DNA of 32,000 nt from Cupriavidus necator (GTDB lineage: Bacteria; Pseudomonadota; Gammaproteobacteria; Burkholderiales; Burkholderiaceae): contig NZ_CP066018.1 in assembly GCF_016127575.1 (NCBI RefSeq), positions 1,710,001-1,742,000 of the forward strand. Direction: 5' to 3'. How positions within the stretch are numbered: position 1 is the first letter of the stretch; every line of letters starts with the position of its first letter. A model generated the notes under the pieces. The model was given only the letters and a program-made list of their open reading frames with translations, made no database searches and was not told the DNA's origin. This document shows, piece after piece, positions 24,315-32,000 of this stretch. A program made the translations under genes and the position numbers.

Positions 24315-24932
24315 CTAGCGCGGCACCTTGAACACCTTGCGTGCAGCCAGTACCTCGGCACGGGTCGTGCAGCCTTCCTGGTGGTCATTGACCAGCCCCA
24401 TCGCCTGCATCAGCGCGTACATGGTGGTGGGACCGACAAAGCGCCAGCCGCGCTTCTTCAGGTCCTTTGACAGCGCCGTGGATTCCGGCGAGGTCGCCAT
24501 GGTTCGCAGCACCTCGGGTGTCAGCACTTTGGGCCGGCTGGCCGGATCGGGCTCGAAGCGCCAGAAGTAGGCGGCCAGCGATGATTCCGTCTCCAGCAGT
24601 TCGCGGGCCCGCTGCGCATTGTTGATGGCCGCCTCGATTTTGCCGCGGTGGCGCACGATGCCGGCGTCGCCGAGCAGGCGCGCAATATCGCGCTCGCCGA
24701 AGCGCGCCACCTTTTCGATGTCGAAATTGGCAAATGCCTTGCGGAAGGCCTCGCGCTTGCGCAGGATGGTCAGCCAGCTCAGGCCGGACTGGAAGCCTTC
24801 CAGGCACAGCTTCTCGAACAGCCGGCGGTCGTCGGCGACCGGAAAGCCCCACTCGGTGTCGTGGTAGTGGCAATAGTCCTCCAGCGTGCCGCACCAGCCG
24901 CAGCGCACCGCTGCTTCCTTCTTGCTTGTCAT
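24315..24932 (-). CDS. tag: DNA-3-methyladenine glycosylase I
   Basis: ATG at 24932 (MTSKKEAAVRCGWCG). Tag blocks YHDTEWGFP, LEGFQSGLSWLTIL, IVRHRGKIEA and VGPTTMYALMQAMGLVNDH. Confidence 0.9.
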   Translation of the reverse strand: MTSKKEAAVRCGWCGTLEDYCHYHDTEWGFPVADDRRLFEKLCLEGFQSGLSWLTILRKREAFRKAFANFDIEKVARFGERDIARLLGDAGIVRHRGKIEAAINNAQRARELLETESSLAAYFWRFEPDPASRPKVLTPEVLRTMATSPESTALSKDLKKRGWRFVGPTTMYALMQAMGLVNDHQEGCTTRAEVLAARKVFKVPR

Positions 24933-25037
24933 GGGTACATGTTCCCTGTTGAAAGTCCCGCACGCCGGCCAGGCTCTCGCCGACCGGCGCATTTGCTGCG
25001 ATCATGCCCGCACCTGAGAGATTGCGGAAGGCTGAAA

Positions 25038-25394
25038 ATGGACATGCGATTGACAACCCTGGACGAAGACGGATGGGAGCTCGACGACGCCGAGCCCATC
25101 GCCGCCGCCCATCCCGAGACCTTCTGGATGCCGCCGCGCGAGGAGCGTGATGCACTCGCACCCGGCCAGCTGGTCAAGCTGATCTTCCGCATCCTAGTCG
25201 CGGACGAGACGGGCAGCGAAGAGGTTCACGTGGAGCGGATGTGGGTGATCGTTACCGGGCGCGAGGGCAGCCTTTATACCGGCGAGCTCGATAACCAGCC
25301 GTATTGCACCGAGGAGATGAACCCGGGCATGCCGCTGTGCTTCGAGGCTCGGCATGTGATCAATATCCACCGGGACGAGCACGAGGCGAGCTAG
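25038..25394 (+). CDS. DUF2314-like small cytoplasmic protein
   Basis: Only the last 118 codons of ORF 24648..25394 look real (ATG at 25038); the upstream part is antisense to tag. The pattern VKLIF...VERMWVIVTGREGSLYTGELDNQP resembles the DUF2314 (YegJ-like) core as I recall it. Confidence 0.55.
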   Translation: MDMRLTTLDEDGWELDDAEPIAAAHPETFWMPPREERDALAPGQLVKLIFRILVADETGSEEVHVERMWVIVTGREGSLYTGELDNQPYCTEEMNPGMPLCFEARHVINIHRDEHEAS

Positions 25395-25453
25395 GTTGGG
25401 TTGTCCGCGCGCACTGTTTGGTTCGGCGCCAACCCAATAAGGCCAGGCCAGGC

Positions 25454-26470
25454 TCAGAAGCTGACCGCCAGCCCCAGCGAGACGCCCGACACGTTGTTGC
25501 CGAACACATAGCGCAACACTGCCCGGATCCGCGTGACAAAGACCTCGTGCGCGCTGGTGTCCAGTTCCAGCCCGGTGCCGAGCGTGGTCAGGTAGTTGAA
25601 GCCGAGGATGCCGGCCTGGCTGCCAAGATAGTGCGAATGTGATAGCTCAAGCACGTATCGTACCGGCCGGTCGAACGCATGCATCCCGGTCGGGGCCCGC
25701 CAGCGCGCCCACAGGTTGGCGGTCTGCGCCGTGGCCGTGCCCGTGACCGCGCTGGACGTGCCGCCGAAGCTCTGCAGGTGGATATTGGTGTAGCGCAGTT
25801 CCACGTCGATCTCGTAGTTCTCGCGGTAGTGCTCCCAGTCCAGCATCACCGACCCGCCCAGCCCGTAGGCATTCAGGCTGCCGCCGTCGAGGAAGTTGAG
25901 CTGGCGGTCGGTGACCTGCTCGACCGCGAACTTGCCGATTGACAGGTCGCTGGAGACATTGCCGAGCGAGGCGTTGAAGATCGGCCGGAACACCAGTTCC
26001 TTGTTGGCCGTCAGCGGAAAGTCCCAGCCCACGCCGATGGTGCCGGAGAAGGTGTTCCAGCGGGTCGGGATGGCGCGGGATTCGGCGCCATTGGTGGCAA
26101 TGAAGGTGGGATCGTAGCGGCTGTAGGCGACGGCGCCTTCCAGGTAGAGCGGGAACGACTTGCTGATGGTGAAGCCGCCGCCCAGCTGCGACATGACGAT
26201 GCCGGGATCGTCGGTGCTGGTGTTGTTGATCGACAGCGAGCTGGAGGTAAGGTCCGGCACCACCGAGTACGCCATCAGCGACAGCACCGCGTTGGCGTGC
26301 CGCTGCACATTGGCCCCGGCCAGGCGCAGTCCGGGCGCGCTCTGGGCATGTGCCGCGCCGGCGGCCAGCAGCGCCGCCGCGCCCATGGCGGCCAGGGCCG
26401 CCCGCCAAAGGGGCCGCGAGCGGCGGCTAGGCGCGGGGTGGAACCGGCGGTGTCGCTGGCGTGCGGACAT
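25454..26470 (-). CDS. Outer-membrane beta-barrel protein (autotransporter beta-domain-like) with no passenger domain
   Basis: ATG at 26470. A long basic n-region is followed by a signal peptide ending AHA-Q. Amphipathic beta-strand periodicity alternates throughout. The C-terminal strand ends in Phe (GVSLGLAVSF), the usual BAM-recognition signature. Confidence 0.7.
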   Translation of the reverse strand: MSARQRHRRFHPAPSRRSRPLWRAALAAMGAAALLAAGAAHAQSAPGLRLAGANVQRHANAVLSLMAYSVVPDLTSSSLSINNTSTDDPGIVMSQLGGGFTISKSFPLYLEGAVAYSRYDPTFIATNGAESRAIPTRWNTFSGTIGVGWDFPLTANKELVFRPIFNASLGNVSSDLSIGKFAVEQVTDRQLNFLDGGSLNAYGLGGSVMLDWEHYRENYEIDVELRYTNIHLQSFGGTSSAVTGTATAQTANLWARWRAPTGMHAFDRPVRYVLELSHSHYLGSQAGILGFNYLTTLGTGLELDTSAHEVFVTRIRAVLRYVFGNNVSGVSLGLAVSF

Positions 26471-26612
26471 GGACAATCTCTGTGCAGTCAGTGCCGCTGC
26501 GCGCTGCCGTGCGGCAATCTCCCGCGCATTCTAGCGGCGCAGGATTGTGAGGGAGCGTCGCGCGAAATCTTTCAGATCGGACTGCTGCCGCCTTAAATCG
26601 GCGCGGCGCCGG

Positions 26613-26987
26613 TCATGCGGCCGGATGGCGCCGGGTCGACGGTCCGGAGGGCGGGGAGGGCGGCGTAGCCGGCATGGCCGGATGGGTGGGCGCCGGCCGG
26701 CGGCGCGTGAGCCACAGCAGCAGCGCACTGGCGGCCCAGCCGGTCACGAACACGGTGTCGCCGGCATGGTTCAGCCAGGTTGCCGCAGCGGGCGTGCCGG
26801 CCAGCGATGCCAGCAAGCCGGCCGGCAGGCGCGCCAGGATCCACAGGGCGACGGCGGGCACGCTGCCGTAGACGCCCGGTTGCCACCAGTGGGCCAGGAA
26901 GGGAGGGTGCCGCCCGGGGCGGCGCGGGATGCGCGGTACCACCGAAGTCTCCGGCCACGCATGGCGCGCGGGGCGTGCCGGTGGCAT
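26613..26987 (-). CDS. Hypothetical membrane protein (about 124 aa, two predicted TM helices, Pro-rich tail)
   Basis: Of three overlapping ORFs here, only this frame has G/C-ending codons and non-Arg-rich content. The hydrophobic segments are VYGSVPAVALWILARLPAGLLASL and VFVTGWAASALLLWL. There is no clear RBS, so the start is uncertain. Confidence 0.45.
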   Translation of the reverse strand: MPPARPARHAWPETSVVPRIPRRPGRHPPFLAHWWQPGVYGSVPAVALWILARLPAGLLASLAGTPAAATWLNHAGDTVFVTGWAASALLLWLTRRRPAPTHPAMPATPPSPPSGPSTRRHPAA

Positions 26988-27219
26988 CAAGGCGTTGCAG
27001 GAGCCCCGCCCGACGACACCGCCGGGGGCTCACGGTTGCATCATAGGCCGATCGCCCCTGGCTGCGTTGCCGGTGACCGAGGCGCTGTGTGCGCCACGCC
27101 ACGCTGGGCCCGGCCGTTCAACTTTTTTGCACGACGTGTCCGCAAATGGCGCCCGTGCCCAGCGCGGATCTTTGCCAAACTGGATGCAGGTACACAAACA
27201 GTTTGAAGGTGGTCCTGCC

Positions 27220-28104
27220 ATGCTTCCCTCGCTCTACATCTCCCACGGTTCCCCGATGCTCGCCATCGATCCCGGCCCCACCGGCGCCGCCTTTGATGCG
27301 CTGGGCGGGCAACTGCGCACCCGGCGCCCGCGCGCGGTGCTGGTGATCTCGGCGCACTGGATCTACAGCACGCTGGCTGTCTCCAGCCGCGAGCGCCAGG
27401 AAGCCTGGCACGATTTCGGCGGCTTCCCGCGCGAACTGTACGCACTGCGCTACGACGCCCCGGGTTCGCCGGCGCTGGCCGGGCGGGTCAAGGCCCTGGT
27501 CGAGGCGGCAGCGGTCCCCGGTGCCGGGTTTGTCGGCCAGGACGACGAACGCCCGCTGGACCACGGCGCCTGGATGCCGATGCGCCACTTCTTCCCGGAT
27601 GCCGACGTGCCGGTGGTGCAGCTGGCGCTGAACCCCTACCTGTCGCCCGCAACGCAGATCGAGATCGGCCGCGCGCTGGCCCCGCTGCGCGACGAGGGCG
27701 TGCTGGTGCTGGCCTCCGGCAGCTTCACGCACAACCTGCAGGAAGTGTTTGGCGGCGGCCGGCGCGACCAGCATGGGCCGCAGGCCGAGCCGTATGTGGA
27801 AGCCTTCCGCGACTGGATGGCGGAAGCCCTCGACGAGGCCCTGGCCAGCGGCGATACCAGCCGCATTGCCGACTACCGCGCCCAGGCGCCGTATGCGCGC
27901 CGCGCGCACCCGACCGACGAGCACCTGCTGCCGCTCTTCGTGGCGCTGGGCGCGGCCTTGGGGCCGCAGGCTGCCAGTGGCGCAGGGCCGGCGCCGGCCA
28001 GCGTATCGCGGGTTGCCGATGAGGTGACCTATGGCGTGCTCGCCATGGACAGCTTCGTGTTCGAGGGCCTGGGCGCCGGCGCGCCGCTGCGCGCGGCGGC
28101 CTGA
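27220..28104 (+). CDS. ygiD: Class III extradiol ring-cleavage dioxygenase, YgiD / 4,5-DOPA dioxygenase family
   Basis: The ATG at 27220 follows gaaggtgg. Blocks: LYISHGSPM, VISAHW, PLDHGAWMPM, LASGSFTHNL, RAHPTDEHLLPLF. Confidence 0.85.
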   Translation: MLPSLYISHGSPMLAIDPGPTGAAFDALGGQLRTRRPRAVLVISAHWIYSTLAVSSRERQEAWHDFGGFPRELYALRYDAPGSPALAGRVKALVEAAAVPGAGFVGQDDERPLDHGAWMPMRHFFPDADVPVVQLALNPYLSPATQIEIGRALAPLRDEGVLVLASGSFTHNLQEVFGGGRRDQHGPQAEPYVEAFRDWMAEALDEALASGDTSRIADYRAQAPYARRAHPTDEHLLPLFVALGAALGPQAASGAGPAPASVSRVADEVTYGVLAMDSFVFEGLGAGAPLRAAA

Positions 28105-28110
28105 CGCGCC

Positions 28111-29361
28111 TTACCGTTCGGCCGGGGCGCGCGCCGGCAGGTAGCGCCGTGCCGAGCGCGCGCCCGCAAGCGCGATCCAGCCCATGGTCAGCGCCACCAG
28201 CGCCAGCCCGATGCGCAGGTTGGACAGGTGCGCGACCCCGCCGATCAGCACCGGCCCCAGCAGCAGCCCCAGGTAGGCAAAGCGCGCCACGCGCGAAATT
28301 GCTTCGGCCGGCGCCACGCCCGGCAGCCGCGACGCGGCAACGAAGAAGATCGGCACCATATTGGCCGCGCCCAGCCCCATCAGCGTAAAGCCCGCCAGCG
28401 CGGCTAGCGGCAGCGGCACCAGCAGCGCCAGCGCAATGCCGCCAAAGCCCAGCCAGGCACTGCCAGTCAGCGTGGCGCCGTCGCCCAGGCGCGCGCGCAG
28501 GCGGTCGCCGCCGAAGCGTCCGCACGCCATCCCGCCCGAGAACGCAGCGTAGCCCAGGCCGATCCAGCCATCGGGCGCCTGCGCCACGTCGCGCATATAG
28601 ACGCTGGTCCAGTCGTACATCGCGCCTTCGCCGACCAGGCCCAGGAACGCCAGCAGGCCCAGCAGCCACAGCGCGCGCACCGCGTGGTCGCGGTGGTGGG
28701 CCGCCGATGGCAGCACCGGATGGTCCGACAGCAGCCCGGGCAGCGTACCCAGCGCCACCGCCGCGGTCACGCCTGCCATCATCGCCGCATGTGCCAGCGG
28801 CGCCACGTCCAGCGACAGCATCAGGCCGCCCGCGCCCGCACCGGCCATGCCGCCCAGGCTGAACATGCCGTGCAGCGCCGACATCACCGGCCGCGTGCGG
28901 CTGGACTCGACCGTGGCGGCCTGTGCGTTCATGGCGACATCGAAGGCCGCATTGGCCATGCCGAACGCCACCAGCGCGGGCAGCAGCAGCCAGAACGACG
29001 GCATCGCCAGGATCGCCACCGTGGCCAGCGCAAACAGCAGCCCGCCCGTCATCGACGCCCGTGCGCTGCCCGCGCGCGCCACCCAGCGCCCGACCGGGCC
29101 CATCGCCAGGATGGCGCCGCCGGCCACGGCCAGCATCGCCAGCGACAGCATCGCGTCGGACAGGCCGAAGCGTGCCTTGATGGTGGGAATATGCACGCCC
29201 CACGTGGCAAAGGTGGCGCCATTGACGAAGAACAGCGCCATGGTGCCGCGCGTGGCGCGCGACACCGCGGCCGGCAAGGGCGCGGAAGCCGTCGGGGAGT
29301 GCGGATCAGGCATGGGAGGGTGCGGCAGGCGGGGCAGCGGTGCCCCTGCAAAAGCCGTCAT
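28111..29361 (-). CDS. MFS transporter
   Basis: A 12-TM-like hydrophobic profile (FFVNGATFATWGVHIP ... GMFSLGGMAGAG ...). The start is either 29361 or the ATG at 29313. Its end converges on the ygiD end with a 6-nt gap. Confidence 0.8.
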   Translation of the reverse strand: MTAFAGAPLPRLPHPPMPDPHSPTASAPLPAAVSRATRGTMALFFVNGATFATWGVHIPTIKARFGLSDAMLSLAMLAVAGGAILAMGPVGRWVARAGSARASMTGGLLFALATVAILAMPSFWLLLPALVAFGMANAAFDVAMNAQAATVESSRTRPVMSALHGMFSLGGMAGAGAGGLMLSLDVAPLAHAAMMAGVTAAVALGTLPGLLSDHPVLPSAAHHRDHAVRALWLLGLLAFLGLVGEGAMYDWTSVYMRDVAQAPDGWIGLGYAAFSGGMACGRFGGDRLRARLGDGATLTGSAWLGFGGIALALLVPLPLAALAGFTLMGLGAANMVPIFFVAASRLPGVAPAEAISRVARFAYLGLLLGPVLIGGVAHLSNLRIGLALVALTMGWIALAGARSARRYLPARAPAER

Positions 29362-29400
29362 TGTCCCGCATCGGCGTGAGGCGGGTATGACAACGCCGTG

Positions 29401-30717
29401 CTACCGGCCGGCGCCATCCACGCGCAGCAGTCCGCGCCGGTGCAGCGCGTAGCCGAAGGCCAGCAGCGCGCCCAGCGCCAGCGCCACCATCACCCACAGC
29501 ATCAGCCAGTAGCCGCCGGCGGCACGCCACAGCAGCGCGCCCAGCCACGGCGCGGCGGCCTGCATCAGCAACACCGGCGTCATCATCAGGCCGTTGAGCG
29601 TGGCGTAGTGATGGCGCGAGATCAGTTCCGGCATGGCCATCGCGCGCAGCATGGTGTTGACGCCGTTGGCGCAGCCGTACAGCACCGCGGCCACCATCAG
29701 CCAGGCGCCGTGCCCCAGCGCAAAGCACAGCAGCCCGGCGCCCATCAGCGCATAGACCGGCAGCGACAGCCGCACCGGGTGGCGCACCCCCGCGCGCATC
29801 ATCAGCATGCGGCCCGCTACCTGGGCCGGGCCGATCAGCGCCGCCACTACCAGTTGCTGCGCCACTGGCATGCCCTTCTCCGTCAGCATCGGGATCAGGT
29901 GCGCGCCCAGCAGCGAGGCCACCACCGCGGTCGCGGTAAAGGCCAGCACCACCGCCCAGAACACCGGCTGGCGCAGCGTGGCGCGGGCAATGTCGCGGCT
30001 GCCGGCCTGGCCGTCGGCGGGGGTCATGCCGGAATAGGTGGGATGCAGCGCGTAGCGCATGCGCGCGTGCAGCGGCGCGCAGACCAGCAGGTTGAGCGCG
30101 GCGAAGCCGATCAGCGTCGGGCGCCAGCCCAGATGGATCACCAGCCATTGCGCCAGCGGCACGAAGATCGTGCTGGCAAAGCCGGCCATCAGCGTGACCA
30201 CCACGATCGGCTTCTGGTACTGGTCGCCATAGGCCTGGCGCAGCACCACGAAGGCGGGCTCGTACAGCGTGGTCGCCATGGCCAGCCCGATCGGCACCCA
30301 CATCAGCAGGAACACCGGCTGCGACGGCGTCCATGCCCACAGCAGCAGGCCCAGCCCGGCCAGCACCGAGCCCGCGCCCATCACCTTGCGCGCCGGCGCG
30401 CGGTCCAGCAGCCGCCCCACCGCGAACGAGCACAGCGCCCATACCAGCAGCCCCAGCGAATAGCCGCCCGCCAGGAAGGGCTTGGACCAGCCCAGGCTGC
30501 GGATCATGGGATCGATGAAAACGGTGAAGGCGAAGAACAGCGTGCCCCAGGAGATGGTCTCGGTCAGGCCGAGGATCCAGACCAGCCGGCGCGGCGGCGT
30601 AGCGGGGTGCGCGGGTCCGGTGCGTGCCGGGCTGGCGTCTGAGTCGGTGCTGGCGGCGTCCGCGTCGGAGCTGGCTTCTATTGTTGTCATGGCGGGCCCG
30701 GCGGGGGTAGTCGCCAT
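29401..30717 (-). CDS. MFS transporter
   Basis: A polytopic hydrophobic protein (LTETISWGTLFFAFTVFIDP ... GRLLDRAPARKVM ...). The start is ambiguous: GTG 30783, ATG 30717 or ATG 30690. The N-terminal roughly 40 residues are acidic and Ser/Ala-rich. Confidence 0.8.
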   Translation of the reverse strand: MATTPAGPAMTTIEASSDADAASTDSDASPARTGPAHPATPPRRLVWILGLTETISWGTLFFAFTVFIDPMIRSLGWSKPFLAGGYSLGLLVWALCSFAVGRLLDRAPARKVMGAGSVLAGLGLLLWAWTPSQPVFLLMWVPIGLAMATTLYEPAFVVLRQAYGDQYQKPIVVVTLMAGFASTIFVPLAQWLVIHLGWRPTLIGFAALNLLVCAPLHARMRYALHPTYSGMTPADGQAGSRDIARATLRQPVFWAVVLAFTATAVVASLLGAHLIPMLTEKGMPVAQQLVVAALIGPAQVAGRMLMMRAGVRHPVRLSLPVYALMGAGLLCFALGHGAWLMVAAVLYGCANGVNTMLRAMAMPELISRHHYATLNGLMMTPVLLMQAAAPWLGALLWRAAGGYWLMLWVMVALALGALLAFGYALHRRGLLRVDGAGR

Positions 30718-30788
30718 AGACGGCGGCGCGTTGGGCCAGTCGGAAATTGTAGCGATCCCGCGCGCACTGCGCGCACGGGGCACGCGCG

Positions 30789-31208
30789 TTACTGTGCGGT
30801 CACCGGCGCGGGCGGTCCCTTGAGCTCGACCACGTTGCCGTCCGGATCGCTCACATAGAGCGACGGTCCCTTGCCTTCGGCGCCGAAGCGCTGCGCCACC
30901 TCGCCGGCGTCCACGCCATGCCGCGCCAGGTGCGCCCGCACCGCGTCGGCATCGAACGGGTCGATGCGCAGGCAGAAATGGTCCAGGTTGCGGCCCTGCG
31001 CTCCCGGTCCGGCGCCGCCGGCGCGGCCGAGCGGGCCGTCGAGCGCGACCAGGTCGATCAGCCCGCTGCCCGCGCGCAGCTGCGTCAGGCCCAGCTCGGT
31101 TTGCTCGCGCTCAACGCTGCAGCCGAGCACCTCGACATAGAAGCGCCGCAGCGCGTCCACGTCGGCGCTGCGCAACACCAGGTGGTCGATGCCCAGGATG
31201 CGGAACAT
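30789..31208 (-). CDS. VOC (glyoxalase/bleomycin-resistance/dioxygenase) family protein
   Basis: Blocks IDHLVLRSADVDALRRFY, DHFCLRI and LYVSDPDGNVVEL. It starts 7 nt downstream of the GFA gene. Confidence 0.85.
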   Translation of the reverse strand: MFRILGIDHLVLRSADVDALRRFYVEVLGCSVEREQTELGLTQLRAGSGLIDLVALDGPLGRAGGAGPGAQGRNLDHFCLRIDPFDADAVRAHLARHGVDAGEVAQRFGAEGKGPSLYVSDPDGNVVELKGPPAPVTAQ

Positions 31209-31215
31209 GGCGGCC

Positions 31216-31566
31216 TCAGTGGTGCAGTCCGTCGTAGTCGATGACCTTCAGGCTGTCCAGGTCGACATTGTCCAGGCAGCGCACATTGACTGCGGCCATC
31301 GGCTTGCCGTCCTTGTCCTGCCCGTCCGCATACGGACCGCAGCCGCACACCGGGCAGAAGCGGTGCGCGATCTTCATGGTGTTGAAGCGGTAGGTGGAGG
31401 CATTGCTCTCCGGCGTTTCCAGCTTGAACGTCGCGCGCGGCACGAACCACAGCAGGTGGCCGCGCCGGCGGCAGATCGAGCAGTTGCAGCGGATCACGCT
31501 GGGGATGCCGTCGGCCTCCACTTCGAAGGCAATGGCGCCGCAGTGGCAGCTTCCGTGGAAAGTCAT
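31216..31566 (-). CDS. GFA (glutathione-dependent formaldehyde-activating enzyme / CENP-V) family protein
   Basis: The ATG at 31566 follows AAGGAGA. The zinc-Cys pattern is GSCHCGAI, CNCSIC and FCPVCG. Confidence 0.85.
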   Translation of the reverse strand: MTFHGSCHCGAIAFEVEADGIPSVIRCNCSICRRRGHLLWFVPRATFKLETPESNASTYRFNTMKIAHRFCPVCGCGPYADGQDKDGKPMAAVNVRCLDNVDLDSLKVIDYDGLHH

Positions 31567-31598
31567 GTCGTCTCCTTGAGGTCGGTCCGGCGTGCCCA

Positions 31599-32000
31599 CT
31601 AAATATCTGGAATCAGTCGTTTGCCCAGGCTGACCACTTCATCGGGCGCATAGCCCAGCTTGTCGTAGAAATCGATCACGGCGCGGTTGCCTGCGCGTAC
31701 CAGCAAGTTGATCTTGGGGCAGCCCCGCTCGATCAGCAACTGCTCGGCATGCGCCATCAGCATGCGCCCGTACCCTTTGGCCTGCAGGTCGGGCTGTACC
31801 GCCAGATAGTAGATCCAGCCGCGATGCCCGTCGAACCCCACCATGGCAGTGGCGACGGGTCGGCCGTCGATGTCGCCGACCAGAAACAGTTCAGGCTGCT
31901 CGGTCAGCTTGCGCGCGATATCGCGCTGCGGGTCGTTCCACGGACGGGTCAGGCCGCAGGCCTGCCACAAGGCAATGACGCAGGATTGGTCTTCCGGGCG
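31599..32000 (-). CDS. ypeA: GNAT acetyltransferase, YpeA-like (5' end lies outside the window)
   Basis: The frame stays open to base 32000 (RPEDQSCVIALWQACGL...). By recall, collinear with E. coli YpeA (LRPWNDP, GHRGWIYYLAV, CPKINLLV, LGKRLI). The track's start at 31970 is an internal TTG. Confidence 0.8.
   Translation of the reverse strand, partial: RPEDQSCVIALWQACGLTRPWNDPQRDIARKLTEQPELFLVGDIDGRPVATAMVGFDGHRGWIYYLAVQPDLQAKGYGRMLMAHAEQLLIERGCPKINLLVRAGNRAVIDFYDKLGYAPDEVVSLGKRLIPDI

Noticed and set aside
23864-24388. 174-aa minus-strand ORF spanning the CDF/tag intergenic gap.
   Set aside because: It begins inside tag in another frame and crosses the AT-rich repeat region. It has poor codon bias, no RBS and no recognisable motif. 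The region is better explained as non-coding structured DNA.
25396-25437. Inverted repeat TTGGGTTG ... CAACCCAA between the convergent DUF2314-like and OMP genes, considered as a bidirectional terminator.
   Set aside because: The 26-nt loop is too large and there is no flanking T/A tract. It may still fold with internal pairing, but I cannot support a terminator call.
26547-27206. ORFs 26547..27206(+) and 26593..27102(-), which overlap the small membrane-protein gene.
   Set aside because: Both translate to extremely Arg-rich sequences. Only the 26613..26987(-) frame shows G/C-ending codons and hydrophobic helices.

Overview
This is a very GC-rich, densely coding, chromosomal-looking window. 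Gene content and codon style resemble Burkholderiaceae such as Cupriavidus or Ralstonia, but that is inference only and no search was run. I call about 40 CDS, one tRNA, a few intrinsic terminators and a few regulatory or repeat sites.

Layout:
- 0-6 kb: two M20 amidases, a solitary RHH protein, a PAT-type GNAT, arsC, a small His-rich membrane protein, and a YcbL-type MBL hydrolase plus DEDDh exonuclease pair.
- 6-10 kb: the conserved envelope and housekeeping block rlpA-like / rsmI / yraN / diaA-gmhA-like / BON lipoprotein.
- 10.0-21.4 kb: a complete sulfur-oxidation locus. In order: flavocytochrome c sulfide dehydrogenase pair, a DMT exporter, ArsR-type SoxR, soxC, soxD, cytochrome c551-like, soxY, soxZ, an exported DsrE-like protein, soxA, soxX, a thioredoxin-like protein, soxB.
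- 21.5 kb: tRNA-Ala(CGC) with its own promoter and terminator.
- 21.8-32 kb: mixed genes, namely a racemase-family protein, a small helical protein, a CDF transporter, tag, a DUF2314-like protein, a solitary beta-barrel OMP, ygiD-like dioxygenase, two MFS transporters, VOC, GFA and a ypeA-like GNAT.

I saw no CRISPR array, IS element, integrase, phage module or recognisable defence genes, and I cannot point to a convincing undescribed multi-gene system.

The least explained structure is a 384-bp gene-free gap between the convergent CDF and tag genes (23931-24314). It carries an array of a 10-bp palindrome, several DnaA-box-like 9-mers and an AT-rich palindromic core. The second most interesting item is the Tat-signal DsrE-like gene wedged between soxZ and soxA. 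Most long ORFs in the supplied track that run antisense to these genes are high-GC artefacts.
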